From Gemmatimonadota bacterium (lineage in GTDB: Bacteria; Gemmatimonadota; Gemmatimonadetes; Gemmatimonadales; GWC2-71-9), in NCBI GenBank assembly GCA_039588295.1, contig JBDHAB010000007.1, positions 162,307-226,306 on the forward strand: 64,000 nucleotides of DNA. Direction: 5' to 3'. Each line of letters opens with the position of its first letter. Positions within the stretch are counted from its first letter, which is position 1. The notes under the pieces are model-generated. The model ran no database searches, was not told the origin of the DNA, and saw only the letters and a list, made by a program, of their open reading frames with translations. Below, in pieces: positions 9,624 through 18,654 of the stretch. Made by a program: the position numbers and the translations under genes.

Positions 9624-10774
9624 GCATCCCCGGATTCACCTCCACGGGCAGCAAGCAACCGAAGGCGTTGTTTGGATCAGCGGACGGTGTACCCGTGCGG
9701 GTCGTGCGCGCGAACGGTTGTCGAGTGTGGGATGCCAGTGGCCGGGAGTATCTCGATACGATCATGGCCCTGGGTGCTGTGGCGCTGGGGTACGCGCACC
9801 CTTCCGTGGTTGAGGCTGTTGAACGTGCGGCACGGGCCGGCGCCGTCGGCTCGCTCGCTCCGGTCCTGGAAGCAGACGTGGCGGAACAGCTGTGCGCGAT
9901 CTTGCCGGGTGGGGAAGCGGTTCGATTCTTCAAGACCGGTGCCGAGGCCGTCGCGGCAGCCGTTCGTGTCTCACGGGTCGTGACGGGCCGCGATCGGGTA
10001 CTTTCCTGCGGGTATCACGGGTGGCTCGACTGGTGTCAGGATGGCCCTGGGGTTCCCGCGGCGGTGCGGGGACTTCGACAGGAGATCGAGTTCAACAACC
10101 TTGCGTCGCTCCGTGGAGCGTTCGAGTCAGGGGCAGATGTTGCCGCGATTGTGATCGAGCCGGTGATCGACGGTCCGCCGACCATGGAATGGCTCCGTGC
10201 GGTGCGAGAGCAGGCCACCGCGCGCGGTGCCGTGCTCGTGTTCGACGAGATCAAGACGGCGTTTCGTATCGCCGTCGGAGGGGCTGCCGAACGCTGGGGC
10301 GTCGTGCCGGACCTTCTCGTCGTGGGCAAGGCTTTGGGGAACGGGCTACCGATCGCGGCGGTGTGCGGTGATCGAAATGTTATGGACGGCTTCAACCGAA
10401 CGTGGGTGTCCTCGACCCTCGCCACGGAGTTCGTGAGTCTCGCAGCCGCTGAGGCGGTGCTTCGGCTATTCACCGGCGAACCCGTTGTGGCGCACCTGGA
10501 GCGAGCGGGGACGGCGTTCCTCGCCGGACTTCAGCGCCTCGCTGAGCGCCACTCGGCGCTCGTCGTTGGCGTGCGCGGCGTGCCGCAGATGTGTCACGTC
10601 GAGTTCGCGAGCGATCGGATCTCGCAGTTGGTGGCGCGTGGGGCCGCCGACCGAGGGCTACTTTTCAAGCGCTCAGCGTACAACTTCATATCGCTCGCTC
10701 ACACCTTGGAGGACGTAGACGACGTGCTGCATCGCCTGAACGAGTCGCTGCAGGAGGTGGAACAGCGATGCTGA
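9620..10774 (+). CDS. PLP-dependent class III aminotransferase (glutamate-1-semialdehyde aminomutase-like)
   Basis: G..VWDASGREYLD, LGYAHP, GYHGW, FDEIKTAFR, GKALGNG (PLP lysine). GTGA overlap. Confidence 0.88.
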   Translation: MSIPGFTSTGSKQPKALFGSADGVPVRVVRANGCRVWDASGREYLDTIMALGAVALGYAHPSVVEAVERAARAGAVGSLAPVLEADVAEQLCAILPGGEAVRFFKTGAEAVAAAVRVSRVVTGRDRVLSCGYHGWLDWCQDGPGVPAAVRGLRQEIEFNNLASLRGAFESGADVAAIVIEPVIDGPPTMEWLRAVREQATARGAVLVFDEIKTAFRIAVGGAAERWGVVPDLLVVGKALGNGLPIAAVCGDRNVMDGFNRTWVSSTLATEFVSLAAAEAVLRLFTGEPVVAHLERAGTAFLAGLQRLAERHSALVVGVRGVPQMCHVEFASDRISQLVARGAADRGLLFKRSAYNFISLAHTLEDVDDVLHRLNESLQEVEQRC

Positions 10775-11565
10775 TAGATGTCCACGCGCACTTCTACACG
10801 GACCACTCCGGCCGCGCCGACTGGCGCCAGGTGAACCGTCGGCGCCTGGGGGCGGGTGAGCGGATCGGGATCACCGTTCATATCGGTTCGATCCTCGGGA
10901 CCTATGGACATCGGTCGCCCACCTACCTGCCGTCGCTGGACGACGTGCGCCATGCCAATGACCGCATGCTGGAGATTCAGCAGGTCGTGCCGGGCAGGGT
11001 CTACGGGTACTGTGTGGTCAATCCGAACTACGGCACTGCGGCGCTCGAGGAAATCCGGCGCTGTCTTGACAGCGGGATGGTCGGTGTCAAGCTCGGTGCG
11101 AGCCGCCGCGCAAATGATGTGCTGGTGGATCCGATTGCGGAGCTGGCTGGGGAGCGTCACGTGCCGATCCTGCACCACATATGGCAACACCGGAGGCGGG
11201 ACTGGCCGGGGCAGGAGGCGTCGGACGCGGCGGAGCTTGCCGTCCTCGCGCAGCGGCATCCCGAAACCCAGTTCATCCTCGCTCATCTCGGGGGCGGTGG
11301 CGCCTGGGCGCACTCGGTTCGCGCCGTGGAGGCACATCGGAACATCTGGGTCGACCTCTCGGGGAGTGGCGTCGACGTGGACATGCTTCATATGGCGCTC
11401 GAGACGTTGGGGCCCGGTCGCTTGCTCTGGGGCACCGACCTGACCATGGACACCGGCTGGGGCAAACTCCGGTACGTGGAGTCACTGGGCTTGCCGGATG
11501 ACGAACTGGAGATGATCCGGTTTGCGAACGCGCGCCGGATCTTCCCATTGGGTGAGGCCACATGA
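10768..11565 (+). CDS. Amidohydrolase family protein (Amidohydro_2-like)
   Basis: IDVHAH, GVKL, ILHH, ILAHLGGG, LLWGTD, NARRIF. RBS GGAGGT upstream. Confidence 0.88.
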   Translation: MLIDVHAHFYTDHSGRADWRQVNRRRLGAGERIGITVHIGSILGTYGHRSPTYLPSLDDVRHANDRMLEIQQVVPGRVYGYCVVNPNYGTAALEEIRRCLDSGMVGVKLGASRRANDVLVDPIAELAGERHVPILHHIWQHRRRDWPGQEASDAAELAVLAQRHPETQFILAHLGGGGAWAHSVRAVEAHRNIWVDLSGSGVDVDMLHMALETLGPGRLLWGTDLTMDTGWGKLRYVESLGLPDDELEMIRFANARRIFPLGEAT

Positions 11566-12374
11566 GAGTCGTCGATGTCGCGGCGTTCATCGGGGCGTAT
11601 CCGTTTCGGCATCTCGACCGTGCGGGGTCAACCGACTGGTTGCTCTCGCAAATGGATCGCCTGCATATCGATCGCGCGCTCGTGGGGTACCTGCCTTCGA
11701 TTCTGCATCAGGATCCGGCACCTGGGAATCGCGTGTTGGCCAAGCTCACGGCGTCCTACGGCGACCGCCTTGCCCCAGTCCCGACCATCAATCCGGAGCA
11801 ACCGCAGTGGCAAGACGACGTGAACTTGGCGCTGGAATCCCATGCGTCGGCGGTGCGATTGTTCCCGCAATACCAGGGAGTCGACCCGAGTGGTGATGCG
11901 ATGCGTGTCGCAGTGGCGGCCGTCGCGGTTGCGGGACTGCCCATGGTGCTCACGGTGCGGCTGGAGGATCTGCGGCAGCGACACCCGCGGGACGTCACCA
12001 GCGATCTCACACCTGCGGCGATTCGGGGCCTCGTGCGCAGTGACGACGACGTTCGTCTGATCGTGACGCACGCTGACCGCGCGTTTGTGGAGGAGGTGCA
12101 CTTCGGTCTCACGCCGGCAGAGGCCGACCGAATCCTCTGGGACATCTCATGGATGTGGGGCCCACCGGAGGACGATCTCACCCGGCTCATCGAAACCGTC
12201 GGGCGTGAGCGGTTCGTGTTTGGCACCGGGATGCCGTTGCGCGTGGGTGATACGTCGATTGCCAAGCTGGATCTGGCGGAAATCACGGATGACGACCGTC
12301 GCTCGATTCTCGGCGAGAACATCGAACGATGGCTGATTTCGTTGCCGAGTCGGGAGTTTCCTACGGACGCCTGA
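11562..12374 (+). CDS. Amidohydrolase-fold protein lacking the N-terminal HxH motif
   Basis: VDVAAFIGAYPFR, FVFGTGMP, ILGENIERW. ATGA overlap. Confidence 0.75.
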   Translation: MRVVDVAAFIGAYPFRHLDRAGSTDWLLSQMDRLHIDRALVGYLPSILHQDPAPGNRVLAKLTASYGDRLAPVPTINPEQPQWQDDVNLALESHASAVRLFPQYQGVDPSGDAMRVAVAAVAVAGLPMVLTVRLEDLRQRHPRDVTSDLTPAAIRGLVRSDDDVRLIVTHADRAFVEEVHFGLTPAEADRILWDISWMWGPPEDDLTRLIETVGRERFVFGTGMPLRVGDTSIAKLDLAEITDDDRRSILGENIERWLISLPSREFPTDA

Positions 12375-12600
12375 GCGCACCCCGCTTTCGCGGCGAGCAG
12401 GCGGTTTTTGTGACGTACGTGACCGGTTGTGCTGTGCCGACCTTCGACTATCTTATGAGCGGCCGCGCGGCCCCTCTCGGGGCAACACATCTCCGGTCAA
12501 CCCACCGAGCGCGGCTTCAATTGCAGGTCAGTGTCGGGAGTGTCGCGACGGCGGCGATGGACATGGAACGGAGCGGTCTCGTGCCTCGTAACGGAGGATC

Positions 12601-13200
12601 ATGACAAAGCGCGCGCTCTTCGTGACCGGAACGCTCGTGGCGGCCGTTGCCAGCGTCTCCCTCCTCACCAGTCAATCCACCACGGCGCAGGGCCCGCAAG
12701 GGGACACGGCAGTTCCCTACGAAGCTCCTGTGGATATCGATACTGCCGGCCTTCCCGGTCCGAAACAACCGATTCTCTATCGGCATGACGTCCACGCCGG
12801 CCAGTACGAAATGGACTGCCGCTACTGTCACTTTGCCGCCGAGGTCAGTCCGAGTCCCGCGTTACCCGCCGTCGCGACGTGCATGGGTTGCCACATCATT
12901 GCTGGTGCTGCAAACCCGGAGGTGCAGAAGCTTCGAGAGTACTGGAACGAGCGCCGACCCATCGAGTGGATCGAGGTGCACGAGATGGCGCCGTTCGTGC
13001 GCTTCCCGCACAACCGCCATGTGGTGTCCGACTCGGGCAGCTTCAAGGAGTTGGAGGTCGTCGAGAAGTGCGACGTCTGTCACGGGCCAATTCGGCGGAT
13101 GCCACAGGTGTATCAGTTTGCCTCGCTCAAGATGGGCTGGTGCATCACGTGCCACGAGAAGGATCAGGTCTCGATCGACTGTACGCTGTGTCACTACTAG
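12601..13200 (+). CDS. actA: Alternative complex III pentaheme cytochrome c subunit
   Basis: Five CxxCH motifs (CRYCH, CMGCH, CDVCH, CITCH, CTLCH), MGWC signature, N-terminal hydrophobic anchor, RBS GGAGG. Confidence 0.92.
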   Translation: MTKRALFVTGTLVAAVASVSLLTSQSTTAQGPQGDTAVPYEAPVDIDTAGLPGPKQPILYRHDVHAGQYEMDCRYCHFAAEVSPSPALPAVATCMGCHIIAGAANPEVQKLREYWNERRPIEWIEVHEMAPFVRFPHNRHVVSDSGSFKELEVVEKCDVCHGPIRRMPQVYQFASLKMGWCITCHEKDQVSIDCTLCHY

Positions 13201-13235
13201 GCAAGGGAAGGCGGCGGCGTTGGAGCTGAGGACGG

Positions 13236-16200
13236 ATGGCTGAGAACTCGAACGGCATGAATCGACGAAGATTCTTGAAGGTCCTCGGCGTAACCGGTGG
13301 GGGCGCCGCCGCGCTGACCGGATGTTCCGGTGACGGCGCTCAGAAGCTCATTCCCTATATCGTCCCCCCCGACAATCAGATTCCGGGAATTGCAACGTGG
13401 TACGCGTCCACCTGTCGCGAATGCCCGGCGGGATGCGGACTGCACGTGCGGGTGCGGGAGGGCCGCCCCGTCAAGCTCGAAGGCAATCCGGACCACCCCG
13501 TGAACGGGGGCCGGCTGTGCGCTCGGGGGCAAGCGGGACTGCAGGGGCTGTACAACCCCGACCGCGTGCGCCAGCCCCTTGCACGAGCCTCGGATGGGAC
13601 GTTCGAGCCGATCTCGTGGGACGAGGCCATCGCGCGAATCACCGAAGGCGTGAACGCGGTGCCCGGTGATCAGATGCGGTTCATGACGGGCAGCGAAGCC
13701 GGTACGTTCGACCGCTTCGTGGACGACTGGCTCGCGGCGTTTGGCTCGACGGGTCGGATCAACTTCGAGCCGTTCGCATACGAGGCCCTCCGACATGCGA
13801 GCCGCTCCGTATTCGGGATCGATGCGCTGCCGCGATATGACTTAGCCTCGGCGCGATACGTGTTGTCGTTCGGGACCGACTTCCTCGAGACGTGGTCGAA
13901 TCCGGTAGGGCAGGCACGCGCGTTCGGCGACTCACACGGCTTTCGCGACGGGGCCATGGGCAAGTTTGTCCATGTCGAGCCGCGAATGAGCATGACGGCC
14001 ATGAGTGCCGATGAGTGGATTGCCCCCGCCCCGGGTACCGAAGGGCTCATCGCCATGGCAATGGCGCGCGTCATTGTCCGCGACGGCTTAGCGAGTGTGC
14101 CATCCGATGTCGCGCGGCTGGAGTCGATCCTCGATCAGTTCGAGCCGGACTCGGTGGCCGCGCGGACTGATGTTCCGGCGGAAACGATCGAGCGTCTGGC
14201 GCGCGAGTTCGTGTCGGAACCGAGCGTCGCGCTCGCGGGCGGGGTGGGGTGCCAGCACGCGGAAGCGCATGGGACAGCGGCGGCAGTACTGCTGATGAAC
14301 TACGTTGCCGGTAACGTGGGGCGCACGGTCCAGTTTGCGACCGAGAGCGGTTCCGCCCCGGCCACGTATGCGGACGTTGTGGGCCTCGCGCAGATGATGC
14401 GCGACGGCAGCGTCGGCGCACTTCTGGTGCATAGTGCCAATCCGGTGTACGCAACGCCGCCCGGATTGCGCTTCGTCGAGGCCATGCGGCAGGTGCCGTT
14501 CAAGGTCAGTTTCAGTCGGTTCCTCGATGAGACCGCGGCCGAGTGCGATCTCGTACTGCCGGACCACGATCCGCTGGAACAGTGGAACGATTCTGAGCCG
14601 ATCCCGGGTGTGCACACGCTCCAACAGCCGGTGATGCAGCCGGTGTTCGAGACGCGTCAAACTGGAGACGTGCTGCTCACGGTGGCGCAGCAGGCCGGGG
14701 GTCGGGCGGCAACGCGGCTCGCCACGTCGACCTACAAGGAATATCTGGAAGCGGCGTGGCAGCGCCTGCAGCGTCGCCTGGGCGACCCGCGTCCGTTCGC
14801 GGCATTCTGGACCGAAGCCCTCCAGCGTGGCGGGGCGTGGCGCGAGGTGGGAACCCGTGCCGTGCGTCTCGCAACACCGATGGGCCGGTTTGGCGATGTC
14901 CTTCCGTGGGTCGCTCCTGCGGATGGCTTGGCGCTTGTGGCATACCCCTCGCCGGCGCTGTTCGACGGTCGCGGTGCGAACCGACCCTGGCTGCAGGAGC
15001 TGCCGGATCCGGTCACCAAGGTCACGTGGAGCACGTGGGTCGAGATCCACCCCGAGACCGCTGCGGAGTACCGGATTGCCGAGGGAGACATCGTCGAGCT
15101 CGCGTCGCAAGCGGGGTCGATTCGGGTCCCCGCGTATCTCTACCCGGGTATCAGACGAGACTGCGTGGCCGTGCCCATGGGACAGGGCCACACGGCGTTC
15201 GGGCGTTATGCGGAAGGTCGGGGCGCCAACGTGCTCAGCCTGTTGTCGGGTGAGCCCACGGCGTACGGTGGAGTGGCCACCTATACCGCGGTGACGCTGC
15301 GTCACACTGGCGCGCACGAGCGGCTCGCCAAGACGGAGGGGCGACCGCGCCAGCTGGGGCGGGGCATCGCCCAGGCCATCGCGCTCGAGGAGCTCGTCCA
15401 TGGCGAGCCGCACGAGGCACACGAAGGTCATGCCGCACCCGTCCCCGAGCACATCGAAGACGTACTCGACGAGTGGCAGGAGGGAGAGTTCCGCGAGACC
15501 GAGCAAGGTGACTACGCGGGCGAGCACCCTCGCTGGGCCATGGCCGTCGATCTCTCTCGCTGCACGGGCTGCAGTGCCTGTGTGACGGCGTGCCACGCGG
15601 AGAACAACATTGCAACGGTTGGTGCCGAGCTTGTCAGCCGTGGACGCGAGATGTCGTGGCTCCGGATCGAGCGGTACTTCGAGGGTGGCGAGAACGGTGT
15701 GCCGTTCGAAGCCCGCGTGGTTCCGATGATGTGCCAACATTGCGGGAACGCGCCGTGCGAGCCCGTGTGTCCGGTCTTCGCCGCGTATCACACGCCGGAT
15801 GGGCTCAACGCACAGATCTACAACCGGTGCGTCGGCACGCGGTACTGCTCGAACAACTGCCCGTACAAGGTCCGATACTTCAACTGGTTCGACTATCAGG
15901 ACGAAGCGGATTCCACGTTTGCGTGGCCAGCCCCGCTCCATTGGCTGCTCAATCCCGACGTCACGGTTCGCGCGAAGGGTGTGATGGAGAAGTGCACCTT
16001 CTGTGTCCAGCGAATCCGGGACAAACAGCATGCGGCGACGCTTGCCGACCGCGAGCTGGCGGACGGTGAGGTGGTCACCGCGTGTCAGCAGACGTGTCCG
16101 GCCAACGCGATCGTGTTCGGTGATCTCCACGACCCCAACTCACAGGTGAGCCGAGCGGCACGCGATGCCCGGGGCTACCACGTGCTTGGCGACCTGAATA

Positions 16201-16253
16201 CCCGACCGGCGATCACGTACCTGAAGAAGGTACGGAACATCGTGGAAGCCTAG
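13236..16253 (+). CDS. actB: Alternative complex III subunit B (molybdopterin-oxidoreductase-like domain fused to Fe-S domain), TAT lipoprotein
   Basis: RRRFLK TAT motif and LTGC lipobox; NRPWLQELPDPVTKVTW; C-terminal CTGCSACVTAC, CQHCGNAPCEPVCP, CVGTRYCSNNCPY and CTFC...CQQTCP. Confidence 0.93.
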   Translation: MAENSNGMNRRRFLKVLGVTGGGAAALTGCSGDGAQKLIPYIVPPDNQIPGIATWYASTCRECPAGCGLHVRVREGRPVKLEGNPDHPVNGGRLCARGQAGLQGLYNPDRVRQPLARASDGTFEPISWDEAIARITEGVNAVPGDQMRFMTGSEAGTFDRFVDDWLAAFGSTGRINFEPFAYEALRHASRSVFGIDALPRYDLASARYVLSFGTDFLETWSNPVGQARAFGDSHGFRDGAMGKFVHVEPRMSMTAMSADEWIAPAPGTEGLIAMAMARVIVRDGLASVPSDVARLESILDQFEPDSVAARTDVPAETIERLAREFVSEPSVALAGGVGCQHAEAHGTAAAVLLMNYVAGNVGRTVQFATESGSAPATYADVVGLAQMMRDGSVGALLVHSANPVYATPPGLRFVEAMRQVPFKVSFSRFLDETAAECDLVLPDHDPLEQWNDSEPIPGVHTLQQPVMQPVFETRQTGDVLLTVAQQAGGRAATRLATSTYKEYLEAAWQRLQRRLGDPRPFAAFWTEALQRGGAWREVGTRAVRLATPMGRFGDVLPWVAPADGLALVAYPSPALFDGRGANRPWLQELPDPVTKVTWSTWVEIHPETAAEYRIAEGDIVELASQAGSIRVPAYLYPGIRRDCVAVPMGQGHTAFGRYAEGRGANVLSLLSGEPTAYGGVATYTAVTLRHTGAHERLAKTEGRPRQLGRGIAQAIALEELVHGEPHEAHEGHAAPVPEHIEDVLDEWQEGEFRETEQGDYAGEHPRWAMAVDLSRCTGCSACVTACHAENNIATVGAELVSRGREMSWLRIERYFEGGENGVPFEARVVPMMCQHCGNAPCEPVCPVFAAYHTPDGLNAQIYNRCVGTRYCSNNCPYKVRYFNWFDYQDEADSTFAWPAPLHWLLNPDVTVRAKGVMEKCTFCVQRIRDKQHAATLADRELADGEVVTACQQTCPANAIVFGDLHDPNSQVSRAARDARGYHVLGDLNTRPAITYLKKVRNIVEA

Positions 16254-16260
16254 GACGGCG

Positions 16261-17610
16261 ATGACGACGCTCGTTCAGGAAGATCAACTCACCCGACCGA
16301 CGTACCACGAGGTCACGCGTGACATTGTCGCGACGCTGGGCCGGCCGTCGCGCATGTACTATGTGCTGCTCGGGCTCGTCATCACGGTGTTTGCGATCGG
16401 TGTCGTCGCGCTCCTGTTTCAGGTCCGGTACGGACTGGGGGTGGCTGGCTATACCCCGCCCGTCATGTGGGGAGTGTACATCGCGACCTTCGTGTTCTGG
16501 GTTGGCATCGCGCACTCGGGCACGCTGATCTCTGCGATCCTGTATCTCTTCCGGTCGGCCTGGCGCACATCGGTGTACCGGACGGCCGAGGCGATGACCG
16601 TATTCGCGGTGATGACGGCGGGGCTGTTCCCGCTGATTCACGTCGGTCGCATCTGGTATGCATACTGGCTGTTCCCGTATCCCAACCAGCGACAGCTGTG
16701 GGTGAACTTCAAGTCGCCGCTCCTGTGGGACGTGTTCGCCGTGTCGACCTACTTCACGGTGAGTACGCTATTTCTCATCGTGGGGCTGATTCCGGACTTG
16801 GCGGCGGTGCGGGAGAAAGCGACGGGGTGGCGGAAGAAGCTGTACGAGATCACCTCGTTGGGGTGGCGTGGCACGGACCAGCAATGGAGGCACTACACGC
16901 GAGGCTACCTGTATCTGGCCGCCCTCGCAACGCCGTTGGTGCTCTCGGTCCACAGCGTCGTCTCGTGGGACTTCGCGATGTCAATCGTCCCCGGATGGCA
17001 CGCGACCATCTTCGCGCCGTACTTCGTGGCCGGGGCGATCTACTCAGGCGTGGCGATGGTCGTCACGCTGCTCGTACCACTTCGAAAAGTGTTCAAGGTC
17101 GAGCGATACATCACGGTCGAGCACTTCGAGAATCTCGCCAAGTTGCTGCTCCTGACCGGGCTGATCGTGGGCTATGCCTACGCGATCGAGTATTTCATCG
17201 CATGGTACAGCGGCAGTCCGTACGAACGCGCCTCGTTCTGGAACCGAGCGTTCGGAGAGTACTGGTGGGCGACGTGGACGATGATCACGTGCAACGGCTT
17301 TCTGCCGCTCCTGCTGTTCTCCCGAAAGATCCGGCGTAGCATTCCGGCGATGTTTGTCTTGTCGCTCTTTGTGAACCTGGGGATGTGGTTTGAACGATTC
17401 GTGATCATCGTGGTCTCGTTGTCGTTTGAATACGAGCCGTACGCCATGGGCCATTACACGCCGTCCTGGGTTGAATGGGCGATTCTGGCCGGAAGCTTCG
17501 CGTGGTTCTTCATGTGGTTCCTCCTGTTCGCGAAGAACTTCCCGACGGTCTCGATTACCGAGGTGAAGGAAATCATTCCGATGCCGCGGAAAGAGAGGGC
17601 CCACGCATGA
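16261..17610 (+). CDS. actC: Alternative complex III NrfD/PsrC-like membrane subunit
   Basis: FVFWVGIAHSGTLISAIL, AEAMTVFA, LATPLVLSVHSVVSWDFA, GMWFERFVII. Confidence 0.95.
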   Translation: MTTLVQEDQLTRPTYHEVTRDIVATLGRPSRMYYVLLGLVITVFAIGVVALLFQVRYGLGVAGYTPPVMWGVYIATFVFWVGIAHSGTLISAILYLFRSAWRTSVYRTAEAMTVFAVMTAGLFPLIHVGRIWYAYWLFPYPNQRQLWVNFKSPLLWDVFAVSTYFTVSTLFLIVGLIPDLAAVREKATGWRKKLYEITSLGWRGTDQQWRHYTRGYLYLAALATPLVLSVHSVVSWDFAMSIVPGWHATIFAPYFVAGAIYSGVAMVVTLLVPLRKVFKVERYITVEHFENLAKLLLLTGLIVGYAYAIEYFIAWYSGSPYERASFWNRAFGEYWWATWTMITCNGFLPLLLFSRKIRRSIPAMFVLSLFVNLGMWFERFVIIVVSLSFEYEPYAMGHYTPSWVEWAILAGSFAWFFMWFLLFAKNFPTVSITEVKEIIPMPRKERAHA

Positions 17611-18113
17611 GTGCCGGTGCAGGTGGGATCCTCGCGTCGTATGTCCACGTCGACGCCGCAGCTGATGCAATTCGCGCACTGAAGGCGAAGGGGTATCGCG
17701 ACTTCACCGTCTACACGCCGGTCCCGAACGTCGAGATCGCGCAGGCGGTGCGGCACCGCGTGAGTCCCGTCAGACTGTGGACTTTGCTCGGCGGCCTCAC
17801 GGGATGCGCCGCGGGCTTCGCGCTCACACTGTGGATGTCGTACGATTGGCCGCTCGTCGTCGGCGGGAGACCAATCGGATCGGTGATACCCTACGTAGTG
17901 ATTGCGTTCGAGCTAACGATCTTGTTCGGCGCCGGCGCTACGATCTTGGGTCTGCTGTTTCACAGCTGGCGGACGAAACAGACGGGCCCGTACGATGGGC
18001 GGTTCACGGATGACCACATCGGCATCTTTGTTCCGTGCCCGGTCGAGCGCCGGCCCGATGTCGAGGAGTTGTTGCAGGCTTCGGGGGCGGAGGAGGTGCG
18101 GGTTGAGACGTAA
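17607..18113 (+). CDS. actD: Alternative complex III subunit D (DUF3341)
   Basis: YTPVP, WPLVVGGRP, FELTILF, YDGRFTDD; two TM helices; ATGA overlap. Confidence 0.9.
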   Translation: MSAGAGGILASYVHVDAAADAIRALKAKGYRDFTVYTPVPNVEIAQAVRHRVSPVRLWTLLGGLTGCAAGFALTLWMSYDWPLVVGGRPIGSVIPYVVIAFELTILFGAGATILGLLFHSWRTKQTGPYDGRFTDDHIGIFVPCPVERRPDVEELLQASGAEEVRVET

Positions 18114-18654
18114 GGCACTCGCCGTTCTGTCGACGCTCGTCGTGTTGGTGGGGTGCACTCGGGAACAATGGCACCGATTTCCCAGCCCGGACGACGCGAT
18201 CGCGGCTGTGCCATGGTTCGCCGTCATGCATCGGGGGATCGCGATTCAGCCGTACAAGATGCCGTTGCAGCCAGCCGCAGGCGCCGTGCCCGTGTCGGGC
18301 ATCGAGGTCGTGCCGCCGGCCGTACCGCAGAATCGAGCCGTGCTCGACGACCTGGCCAATCCGATGCAGCTGACGGCTTCCTCGATCGAACGCGGCAGGG
18401 AACGCTACGACATCTACTGCGGCGTGTGCCACGGTGCCGAAGGCTTCGGCGACGGGCCCGTTGCGGCGGCGCTGGCCAACTCGGTGCGGGATCTGACCGA
18501 TGAGCGCGTGCTCGATGCGTCCGATGGCTGGATCTACGCCGTGATCGTGAACGGCTTCGGGGCGTTGATGCCGGCGTACGGCAGTAGAATCTCGACCGAC
18601 GATCGGTGGCACATTGTGAACTACGTGCGGGTGCTGCGGGGAGGCGGCCGGTGA
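18103..18654 (+). CDS. actE: Alternative complex III monoheme cytochrome c lipoprotein
   Basis: TTG start after GGAGGT; lipobox LVGC; G..RYDIYCGVCHG; MPAY; DRWHIVNYVR. Confidence 0.9.
   Translation: MRRKALAVLSTLVVLVGCTREQWHRFPSPDDAIAAVPWFAVMHRGIAIQPYKMPLQPAAGAVPVSGIEVVPPAVPQNRAVLDDLANPMQLTASSIERGRERYDIYCGVCHGAEGFGDGPVAAALANSVRDLTDERVLDASDGWIYAVIVNGFGALMPAYGSRISTDDRWHIVNYVRVLRGGGR

Noticed and set aside
9620..10774. hemL assignment
   Set aside because: The protein is shorter than typical HemL, lacks the N-terminal PGGVNSPVR region and has no hem context.
12409..12424. CRP/FNR-like site TGTGA-cgtacg-TGACC upstream of actA
   Set aside because: The second half-site is a poor match, so it is not supportable without comparative data.
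14088..16130. Long antisense ORFs (680 aa here; also 33033..34415, 42450..43925, 31032..32150, 55185..56201)
   Set aside because: They are shadows of well-supported genes on the opposite strand, expected in high-GC DNA, and contain no motifs.
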